From contig JAQGDQ010000121.1 in NCBI GenBank assembly GCA_030141605.1, positions 519,222 through 583,221 on the forward strand: 64,000 bases of DNA, read 5' to 3'. This document shows, piece by piece, positions 11,280 through 22,500 of the stretch. The stretch's first letter is position 1, and each line of letters starts with the position of its first letter. The notes under the pieces were generated by a model. That model was not told the origin of the DNA. It was given only the letters and a program-made list of their open reading frames with translations, and did not search any database. The position numbers were made by a program, and so were the translations under genes. Source of the stretch: Tubiluchus corallicola (Eukaryota > Animalia > Priapulida).

Positions 11280-12860
11280 AATTCTTCGTGAACCTCAGGC
11301 AGTTATTAATGAACACTGCTCAATGAACACTTCTCTCAGGTTTTCACAGAAGAACCCTTGGATCATGAGTTGCCTTGCCCACCAAAGTGGTCGGTTCAGT
11401 AAATGACTGATATTGATTTTTGTGCGGAGGATGTTAAGATTTTATTGATGCTTGTTAATCCTTGGAAATCTAAGGTACGGATGAGGTTCATTCAGATTTA
11501 TGTAAGAACTACTACCAAATCTAATGTTAAAAAAATATGCTTTCCAGTTAGCGCTTACTCTTTTTTTAGAATGTTTTGCCTATCAACTGATTCATGAAAA
11601 TTGCCAAGGTCTTGGATGGACGCTAATATTACTCCATTTCCTAAGGTGATTAATAATACATTGTGGGATGACCTTCTATTGTCGTGAAAATCCCCGAGAA
11701 ACTAATTTGGCGAGAAGTTCTTTGGTTTTCATTAATTCGTAATTACTTTAACGAAAGCCAGCATGGATCTCTTCCTGGTAGGTCAACTGTCACCAATTTG
11801 TTAGACTGTCTTAATAAGTGGACTAAAATCTTTGATGATGACAATAGTTCTGGTGTAAATATTATATATCTAGACTTTCGTAAAGCATTCGATTCACAGC
11901 CTTTCGAGCGTTTGTTGTTTGCTGGTATCCTCATATGAGTAATGAAGGGATAAACTCATTCGTTGGAACACAGCGCGCAGTCTTAAATGGATTGTCTACT
12001 GAGTAGATCCATGTTCGTAGTGGTATTCCACAAGGAATGCTTAGTGGTCCCTATTGTTTAATATTATAAGTGAATGATCTGACAGAGCATGTTATTTCAT
12101 CTATTAGCATGTTTGTTGATGATGTTAAATTACACCGGCAGATTAAGTCACTATTTAATTCTGATATGTTACAGATAGAGCTAGACAGCATTGAATCTTG
12201 GTCTGATCAATGGCTGCTTCAGTTGAAACCAGTTAAGTGTGCTTCGCTCAGAGTCAGACAGGCCAATGTTGATACTTCTTACACTTTACTTAATGGTATG
12301 GTACCTCAAGTTGATAACGTCCGAGATCTCGGGGTTTACATATCTGATTCACTGAAATTTAATGATCATATTGCTTATATTATCAAGACTGCTAACCAAA
12401 AAAATTGGCATATTAGAAAATCAATTGTATGTTGCGAGTCATCAGTTATTGTACATATTTAAAAGACTCTAATCAGTGCCCCTGCTGAAGTATGCAGTCG
12501 TCGTTTGGGCACCGCAATACGTGTCTTTTAAAGAAATGCTGGAAAAGGTTTCACGAAGATGGCTACCATCTTGCTAGTGATCTGGATTTTAACAATATAT
12601 CTACCTTACAGGAGAGACGTGACACAATTGATCTTGTCAACGTGTTTAAAATGTTGAATGAGAACACAGTCTTGGATCCGAGAGTTACGTGGTCATGAAC
12701 GAAAACTACATGTCAGATATTCACGCACAAGTATAAGGAAGCACTTTTTCTCTAACCGTGTGCAAAAGTGCAACAATCTAGGCAGTGATATTGTTAATGC
12801 CCCCAATGTTGAGTCCTTTAAAGGACCACTGAGGGGAGTGCGTTGAAAGCATTTTTTATA
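11280..12860 (+). mobile_element. 5'-truncated, frameshifted CR1-clade LINE (ORF2 RT and C-terminal region)
   Basis: Collinear motifs over several frames: LNEHFSQVFTEE, QHGSLPGRSTVTNLL, IIYLDFRKAFDS, VRSGIPQG, MFVDDVKL (YADD-like), VRDLGV, LQERR...DLVNVFKML, LRGHERKL...RKHFFSNRV. Many stops and frameshifts. Confidence 0.9.
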
Positions 12861-13112
12861 TGCGAACACTCTTGCAACTTTTGAAGAAAGCTTTGATTCA
12901 TGGAAACCTTGAAAACGTGGAGTCTTCCTGTGATCTCAGAGCATGACTCACCCAGTTAAGTCTCCTGCGTTTTATCTTTCTGCTCCACTTTTCTTCCTTG
13001 ACTTTGTGGCACAAATCTTTGTGACTTATAACCATATAATCTATAATCTTTGCTCAATAAAGACTAAAGAGCAAAAGTAACTGGCAATATGAGTAATCAT
13101 TAACTTTTAATA

Positions 13113-14034
13113 CGTCTGTTGGGAGCCGTTTGGACCACTGCGCCAAGTAGACCACTTGATGCGCTAAAAGTAGTGTCCTACATGGGCAGCCCAAGTAGGA
13201 CACTAGCGATTTTTGTCGAGAAACTTGCTCTGGCAAAACTTGTTTCCAGTTTATATTACCATTGTTTATAAGTATTGTTATGACATAATAAAGCATAAAA
13301 CAAAATTTCTTTTAGAAACGGAAATTCCTTGGCAATTTACAAATGCATTTCTTACAATAATTTCATCATTATGATTAACTCCATTAATATATCATAACAT
13401 TAAACCTAGTATCTAATGCTTTAAAGAGAGAAATCCTGCACACAGTTATTACAGAAATAATCGCAAATTTAAAAATGAGACAGATGCTGCTAAGCCTTCA
13501 CAACACCAAAAAGTAATTTTTAACATTTAAGAAAAGCAAGGATAATTAGTTTTAATATTATCAGTAGTATTGTAACATGTAGGGCACTGTCCTACATGGC
13601 TCGCTAGCCCATGTAGGACACATAGATCGCTAGAACGTTTACTTATAAGAAAACAATTATTTGCCCAAGAGGTAGTGAAACGGATCACCTGTTTGTGAAG
13701 TGAGACAAAATCAAAAATGATATACCTTAAACAAATGTTGAATTCGCAAAAAAGTGGGGTTTTTTCACTTCAACAACATTAATATCGAAACCAAATTTAA
13801 TATTGTCCGTTCTACCAGCTCAGAATAAAATTCTTTTATTTTATTAGATGTATAATAAATTATTCAACGTGTATTAACGTTTTTAATTATTATTATTACA
13901 TAAACAAGCACAACGGACGGTGTCAGTACACTTAACGACTGAATTCACGACCTGTCTCTAGTGTCCTACTTGGGTAGCCCAAGTAGACCAATTGGTCTAC
14001 TTGGCGCAGTGGTCCAAACGGCTCCCAACAAGAC
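13113..14034. mobile_element. Non-autonomous terminal-inverted-repeat DNA element (MITE-like, about 920 bp)
   Basis: tgttgggagccgtttggaccactgcgccaagtagacca (13117-13154) is the exact reverse complement of 13993-14030; TA flanks both ends (13111-13112, 14035-14036); AT-rich interior with no transposase ORF. Confidence 0.85.
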
Positions 14035-14359
14035 TATTGTCCGACAGAGCGTGAAAAAATCAACAGAAAATTCCATAGAAATAATAATTGAATTGTTAGA
14101 CACAGAACGATAGTGAATTGAAAGAAGAAGCGGTTACTGGGTCAAGGCATAGCAAGCTAGCGCTATCTCTTTTTGGAAACAGTGATGTGATGTATTGTAG
14201 TGATTATCGTACAGTTGAGTTAGGATTATCAGCCGCCTATGTCACTTTTTTATTAAATAAAAGTAGAGAAGTGATTCAAGTAGTGTGATCTTTATTAAGG
14301 CTGACGCCCGGGAATATTATGCTTTCTGTGTAGCCTATACGGTAGCAAGGCCAACAAAA

Positions 14360-16472
14360 ATGCTTCTAGAAACCATTTTTCGTTACAGTAGTCGTTGCCG
14401 TTCCAATACAGTGAAAGTGTGCATATGTGGAATTGTTATTATTTTATTATGTTATTTGTATCTCTGTGTAAGAGTGCCTGTACAGAATTACGTGGTGAGA
14501 CAATTTGTAGCTAGTGCTGAAAATATTAAACTAGTAAAAGTTTCTAATATACATGATAACATGGATGAAGCAGTCGAGAAATATTTGGAGCACGAGAAAG
14601 AACTGCTAATGGAAGATGATCACGAAACAGAAATCCGTATCCGTAAACAGCATTCCTTCGAAAATGCTACCCAGCCGTCTTATGTTAATTTAACTGATTC
14701 AGGCACTATTATAGATGTTGTGATTTTATTTACAAATGCGAAACATAATGCCAGACTTATACAAAAATTTAGCATTACAGTCAAGTCTATCATTGTTCAC
14801 TCCTCAGTTTGCATAAATTTTCATATTATTGCTGACCATGATAGCCGGCTGATTGCTGGAGATATATTGTCTCCTATAATACAGTCAAAACAGCTTGAAG
14901 AGAAGAAGGATAATGACCATCCCCTTGTGTTTCAGGTACAGTAGTACTATGATGAAAATGCTATGAAAAAATTAATGTGCTAGTTTTCAGGTACTTATCA
15001 AAAAGTAAAAAAAATTCTACTTTATAAGATAATCAGAGAAAGGGTGATATGAGATCATGAACTCACTGTATAATTAATGAAGACATTATCGAGTACAGGG
15101 TTAAAATTTCATTGTACATTTAGTAGGCACTTGGTTTATAGAATTAAGCAAGCAGTAATTTTCATTACTGCATAAAAATGCTTTAATCAGTTAACAAAAG
15201 TTAATCAGTTGCTAAGAAGTGACTGATACTTTCTATGGCTTAATTTAACCACATCACGTAATGCTCAATAATGCATTGCGAATAAGCTGTTGTTATCAGC
15301 TAAAAATACGATGTGTTAAAAGTAAAGCAACAAAACAAAAAAGTAAACGTGCATAATGCAGTGTATGTAGATGTGCTACGCAAAGGTGCTCTGACAATTT
15401 CCTAAGCTAATGTTTTGCTGGAGTGACACAATTCAAAATTAATGTTGTTATTGTTTCTTGCTTCTCAATGACCAATACTGGATGCCCATGATTTGAGCTA
15501 AGCAGGTAGCACCATTTCAAAGAACTACCAATAAAAGCTGGAGTGGCTAACTGACATTCTGAAATAATTAGCAATTATCTTCTTTATGAAAGTCAGTATG
15601 ATATGTGTGGACAGCGAAACATGTTCTGTTGGTGAATTCACCTTAGTGTATCCTTGTGGTACTCACAAATTATGATTTTAATAAAACAGAAATGATGATG
15701 CTTAAATTTAGCAAAATTTTAATTCATGTCATTACTTAGCCAGGCTGTAAATTGCTGAACAACATTCTTAGTAAACCAAATTCACTTTCCTGTTACTCTG
15801 TTTTAGGTTAATTATCTTGACATGGACACCCTTGCAAAGGAGCTACACCAGGTGATCTTACCATTTCAGTCATTGTTTAGCAAACGTGGAGCATATTATA
15901 GCGATGCAATTTTTTATCTCTCGACAGCAATACACAAAGTCGTCGATCTCCATAAAGTAATTATGTTGGATTGTGACCTTAAATTTACAACAGACATAAA
16001 ACTACTCTACGAAGAATTTGATAAGTTCAAAAACACAAATGTCATTGGAATTGCACATGAAATGCAGCCTGTTTACCGGCACGTGTTTCACATGTATCGA
16101 CGGTCTAACCCTGAAACACGTGTTGGATCACCGCCTCCTAGTGGTCTCACAGGATTTAACAGTGGCGTGATGTTGCTAGATTTAGACAAGATGAGAAAGT
16201 CAGATTTATACAATCAGTTTCTGGATGAGAAGGTGATAAGCAGTTTAGCAGCAAAATATATGTTTAAAGGTCATCTAGGTGACCAAGACTTATTCAGTTT
16301 AATAAGCTTAGAGCACAGTGAATTATTTCATATTCTGCCTTGTACTTGGAACTATCAACTCTGTAAATGGTGGAAAGACAATGGATACAAAGATGTTTTT
16401 TATCAATACCACTCATGTTTGGGTGATGTGAAAGTGTACCATGGCAACTGTGGTAGTCCCATACCAGACTGA
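14360..16472 (+). CDS. XXYLT1: Xyloside xylosyltransferase 1 (GT8 family, Notch EGF-repeat O-glucose glycan elongation); coding exons 14360-14935 and 15807-16472
   Basis: Type II membrane anchor (VCICGIVIILLCYLYLCV), YYSDAIFYLS, DxD motif LDCDL, GIAHEMQPVYRH, GFNSGVMLLDL, FKGHLGDQD, LPCTWNYQLC and terminal YHGNC...IP. Phase-0 GT-AG intron. Confidence 0.93.
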
Positions 16473-17099
16473 TCTGCACATCACAGCCCATTGCACTTGC
16501 TAGTCTAGCTACTTCTGCATGACAACTTGATATTATTATGGACCAATGTAATGAATACAAGTTTTGCCATGTCAACCTGTGATATGATAGTGTATTTTTA
16601 TATTGAATTGTAATATGCATGTTAATAGCATTTATATTTTTCCATCCAACTGACATCAGTACTGCAAGTGTTTAATTAGGGTATATTTTTCGTATTACCT
16701 AATTGATGGAAATTTTCGACAGTACAAGCAATGCTGTCCTTGCTATGGTTACACTCAACCCCAAGCCCACTGTTATTATCTGATGTGGAGCACTGGCAAC
16801 ATGAATAGTGAGAGAGTAAAGGTTGAGGTTATACAAGTTGCGTTTATTTTGGTTATTCTGCGTGCTTGGCACAGAAACAGTTGACACACGTGCAATTTTT
16901 TCACAAGTTAGTATGATACGTCTTATGGACTGTTACCTGTGTAATTTATGTAGTTACAGCGTAACTTATAACATTTATGCATTTTTTTTATAATATTTTA
17001 TAGAAGTCACATTTAAGCAGTATCTTTCCAATCAAACCGTCTCTGGGAAAGATCTGTTTCTAGAGATGAAGAAAATGCTGGCTGTGATCACAGTTCTCT

Positions 17100-18390
17100 T
17101 TCTGAAAGATGTTTCTTCTTCATTCACTTTGCCATTTTAACTGCTGTGCATATTTTAGGTAATTACTGTTAAAGTAATTGTACATTGAGTTTGCTTAAGT
17201 TATCGTTTCATTTTCTGTGTTCTTAAAGATAAAAATTAAAAGATTTTTGGCAGTATAAATTTGCTTAGTTGAAAAAATTGAAAGTTTTCTACAATTTTTA
17301 AATTAACAAGAGAAATATTAACTGCTGCTGTTGAAGAAGTCATATTCAGATTTATATGAGACCACCCAGAGTGAGTATTGAACACACCCCAATTCAAAAA
17401 TATTTTTATGAAGTTTGCCAGTATTTCTCAAGATGGAAAAGACGTCACTTACATTTTGTTTACCCATTTACAATAATTAAAAGTAATTGTTAAATAAGTA
17501 CACTAATTACAGTGCAAATCTTTACAGTGTAAATTTTTTCTCAGTAATTCGTTAGCATTGTTAGATTTGTCATATACACAAACATTTGTTTCTATCACAA
17601 CGTGCTCAACATAATAATCATTCAGAAATGTCCACTTATGGCCAGCCTATTGGGTGCATGCCAAATTGGCGATCGGTAGTTTCACAGCAAAGAATGACAT
17701 GCGATTGGAACAACACTGTGTTAATTAAAAACGTAATACATTTTTTGTTTAAATGTTAGGTTTAATTGTTTTTGTGAAGTTAGTATTTATCCTTAACTCT
17801 ACTTGTGAACAACAGTGATAGCCTTTTTAGTTGCAGCATTTAAGTAAAACCTGTTTTTCTTTGTTCACTAAAATAATGCAATTTACAAGCTCCAAATGTT
17901 TTGTCAGGAAATATAATTGAAAAGCATAAACAATTGTACATTTTAATACATTGTTGTATTGCAATTTCAAAATTTATTCTTATATGCTGAGGTGAGTAGT
18001 TTTGGTTTAGTTAGCTGTAGTAATTAGTTTTTTTTATATTTATTATTGATGTTAGTTCTAGTTTTCATGCACTTTGCTATTTTCTTGTCAATTATATTGG
18101 TGGTGAACTGACAATGAATTTGGTCTCGCCAATATTATATCTTCTTTGAAAGTTCCAATTAATTTCTGCAAAATTACATTTTTGTAAGAGCGTGAATGTG
18201 GGCTATTTCCAGAAAATGTGTCCCTTTCTCATTCATTTTCACAGTCACTTCGTTATTTCAACTGCTGTGCATGTTTTATGGTATTTATTGTTAAAATAAT
18301 TGTATGCTGAATTTATTCAAGTTATTCTTTCAATTTTTATATTTTTAAAATAAAAATTGAAAAGTTAATGGCATTAAAAATTTATTTACT
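17100..18390 (+). repeat. Pair of diverged direct repeats of about 170 bp (17100-17270 and 18210-18390)
   Basis: Shared tcattca...aactgctgtgcat.tttt...tgttaaa.taattgta...aagttat...ataaaaatt.aaa. Confidence 0.65.
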
Positions 18391-19560
18391 TTAAAAATTT
18401 TAAGAAGTTTTCCACTGATGTATCAAGCACTGTTTTGTAGTATGGAGAGAGACTTTCTGTCAGTCGTGTCTCATCGGCTTGAAACGTTAGCTGATGAGTG
18501 GCCACAGCAAATATTGCAATTATGCAGTGAGAGACAAAAAATGCTTTGTTGATCATGTGGTCAACCAAAGAATACATGCTGACTTACAAAATTAATGTAT
18601 GCTGAACAGTATATGTAATGCAAAATATATGCTACATCACTCTATGCATCTTTCAAAATTTATTAAAAATCTACACTTTGTAGTTTAAATCTGTCAGTCA
18701 TAGTACACAGTTAAAAAATGCAGTTTTTGTCTACATACTTGTTTTCAATATTTAGAAAGATTCATACACGCCTCAAAAAACAAAATGCTACTCGACATAG
18801 CCAAATAATTCTGTTTTAACACTTTTATTGATGTCTCATCTCATTTGTGTTTACTAGGCTGTTGCCATAGCTTGGTACATAGTGACCCCAAGCTCTAGTA
18901 AACAATTTATACCCATGTTTTATTCGTGTCAGTTTTTCTGAAAAATTTCAATTGACTTAAGTTCTTTAGTTAAAGACATTTATATTTATAAATTTATTGC
19001 TGGAAATTGTCTCTTAAAGTACGCATCAAACTGTTGTTGATCAGATAACACAATGCAACCAAAAAAAATTAAAAAATACAAAATTGTATGTAATTATATA
19101 CCTTATATGGTATTATATATTACACAACAAGACAGGGTTGTGCAAGTGTTACATTTCACACAACAGTGAATTAGTATGGTCACCGTTTTCTTATAAAATG
19201 TTGTAACCACGATTTTTACAAGTACATTCTATAGATATCAGCCTTCTAGTCTATATCTTTGACAGTTGTAATTATTATTACTAGCAACAAGTTGCCAGTT
19301 TGAATATTTGACAGTATACACCATGCATAACTTTTACTCATTAAAATAGGTATCTGGAATATCAGAGTAGTTGTATACTACTCTCTTGTTAGTTATCATA
19401 AGCAATAGACTAAAAATTGTCTTATTTTTCACTAATCTTGTGATGAATTTGTCATGATTTTGATCTGATATTAAAGAAATTTTCAAGAAATCTGATTTTC
19501 AAGAAATAGCCAAAATTATCACAATGCAGCTTTCATACATGAAATTTTTCACAAATTCTA

Positions 19561-22500
19561 TTAATTTGTATATGTTAGTTCTTTCTCCATAGACACATCT
19601 TTTGCATTTTCATCAACAGATGGCGTATCTCGGTCATTTTGAGCCATTTCAATGAGTGCAGACGAGCTACCATTCATTTTATTGTCTATTTTAAGGTCAT
19701 TGTTATTTGAAGCAATACATGCAATTTCAGATTTTCCTTCATCAGTGGGAATTTCATTGTGACGTTTATCATTTACCTCATGTTTTGCCTCATGATCATC
19801 GTCATTACCTTCTTGGACATGGTTATCATCATCACCATCCCTGCTTACAGATGATGCAGTAGATGATGATGCAGTTCTTGCACTATTTGCAGGATTAGAC
19901 CTGGTGTTTAATGATGATGATTTCCCACCTAGTAAGGACAAGCTTGATGAAGATGAACCAGATGTGCTAACTGATGACATGCTGCTGGATTGTCTTCCCG
20001 AAATGAGGGGCTCGCTTGGCTCCACTTTTGATGACAGTCTAGAACTGACTTTTTCGGAACCGCTTTCTTCATCAGAGTAAGTTCGATCTTCTTCAGATGA
20101 AATGCTGGCAGCATCCGTATCTGTGTTGTTGCTGTGGGTAATCGTGGATGAAGATGACAAGTCCAGCTTTAGTGTGTTCATGCCCCGTGATACAGTGGAA
20201 TTTGATTGAGATGTTGTGCAAGGAGACAGCACATCTAGATAATCTGTCTGGCTAGAAGTGCAACGCTGCATTGTTTGCATAGACTTATTAATAAGTGGGT
20301 TTACTGCCTGCTTCTGTGGTGCACTGAGATATCCATATTTCTGCCAAAAAAAATCCAGAGACAATCAATAAATTGCCAAAGACAAACCTTACCCGCCATA
20401 ACTTGATGCTTAACAATAAAACAATAAAAGGAAATTGCAAATCATATTCCATTTTATCATGCAAAAAAGAAAGCAACATATGTTAATTAGAATAGAGGAA
20501 AACTTTTAGTGGGATCTTACAGTAAAAACTAACTGTCTGCCACAGGAAGTCATTTACCATTCTAACAGCAGCTTTACTTCCTACATTTAAACATTGCTGT
20601 CAAGCATGATATCCTACTGGTTTCTTGGACAACGACAATCTTCCTGCTAATGTGCAGTATCATTCTTCTCATGCATTGCCGTGGGCCCTAGTGGCGGTAG
20701 AAAGTATTTCAGACTTTCTTAATTTAGTATTACTTTCGTGCATTTATTGGATTGATCTCCCACTATCTCTTGATACACTGAGCACTATGTTCCCAATTGA
20801 CAGACCTCCAGTGGCTTAAAGTAAGGTTCTGATCAGAAAGGTCGAGTGGCTTTGTGGTGTCATGGTAAGCATAGCTGCTCAGAAAGTGGAAGGTCTTGGG
20901 TTCAACTCCTAATGTAGTACGTAATTTTTCAGACTTTCTAATTTAGTAATACTTTTATTGGATTGTCCTTACTGTTGTAGTCCAGGCTTGTTTTATCAGA
21001 GGCTTTCTGGATCTCACATTTGGTCTGGCCAGTTGATTGCCATTCCTAACAGCTGCCACAGCACGAAACTTTCGAGTGTTGTTACCAGACGGTGGTGGTA
21101 AAACTGGTTTTCTAATACGATTATTACTGGGTAACGATGGTTTTTTAACTGCAGCAGAAGGAAGGTAGGAATGAAGTCCAGATAACGATGAGGCCCTAGC
21201 TACAGGTTTATTTCGGCTAGTGTTGAGCGCAGAATCATCAACTGCATCGCTAATTAAATCCAAAGTTGTCAATGATCTGAAAAAATCCATATTTGTGACT
21301 GTTAATAGACAAAGTACTGTCGTCATTTGTTTTAAACGTTACTACTTATATACTGGGGTGTACCCAAAATATGCAATACATAATTTAAAAATTAATTTTT
21401 TGGAAACTCAAACAGCAAGAATAAGCATGAATACTCCAAATGCAAAACAATTCTGGAAGTGATTTTTGCTCAGATTTATAAATGAAATAAAGTTTAGCAA
21501 AATATAATTACTCTGCACTCAATAATTTATACCATTAAGATATTAAGACACATTAACTTCAGCACTAAACAGACACCAATCAGTTTGCATCTACGTAATT
21601 TGTTTCTTGTGTTGTGAGTAACTTAGTCTACAATACGTAATTTGTTTTTATGTGGTGTAAATTAGTCTACAATACCTTGTATGTCCTCTGCTTTGCAGTT
21701 CTCTGATGTATCGTACTGTGTGTATGAATCTCGAATGTCCAATCTTCACAATGTTTCTCCTAATTGATTTTACCTGCGAATATCACAAGTACTACAGCAT
21801 GATAAAAAATCACAAGCAGCCAACCTGCTGTAACTGGAGAAAAAACAGACAGGTTGACGTCAAAGACCACTCAACTTAAGCAGGTACAGTTATTCGACTT
21901 CCAGAACAGTTTTTCTCAGAAGGGTACTTGGTTTTATACGTGGATCAGCATTGTACTTCACTTTTACTAAAACACAAGACCCACTATCTGAAGTAAGATA
22001 TGTTATCGTTAAGAAACATCATGAACAGCATACAATATCAAGAATATTTTCATTGCTTTTGATTTTAAATTGAAATTATCCAAAGGAGGGCAAATGCCCA
22101 AATAAAACACGCAGATGTAGTTAAATTTTACATCTCAGCCCTTTATTGTCAGGCCATCACCAAAAACAGATTGAAATCAAAATTTGCTTAAAAATTAGTT
22201 TTTCATCCAGGTAATCTCAAGTGACTATAACGATTATTCTTAAGATAACAAACTAAGTTATAAGATGATAATTCCAAAGTTATTGCTAATAAATTTTAGT
22301 CTATTTTACTTTAAAATCAACACTGATCTGCTATATCATGCTATGCTATACAGACTACAATATCATGCAAAAATTCTCTTATGTAACTCTAATATTTTAA
22401 TTCTAATTGGCCCCAAGCCTAGTTTCATGTCAAATGCCTAATGTACCAGGCATTGGTGCAGGACCTAAACCAATAGCTAATAATTAACATTAGAAATGCC

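Noticed and set aside
11280-12860. Reverse transcriptase as an active or domesticated gene
   Set aside because: Multiple stops and frameshifts and no endonuclease domain; a dead 5'-truncated LINE.
14285-14359. GTG-initiated N-terminal extension of XXYLT1 in the ORF track
   Set aside because: Artefact of allowing alternative starts; ATG 14360 sits just before the membrane anchor as expected.
18488-18515. CTGATGA hammerhead-ribozyme cores (also near 33799 and 37468-37475 minus)
   Set aside because: No properly placed stem II plus GAAA and no closing stems found by eye.
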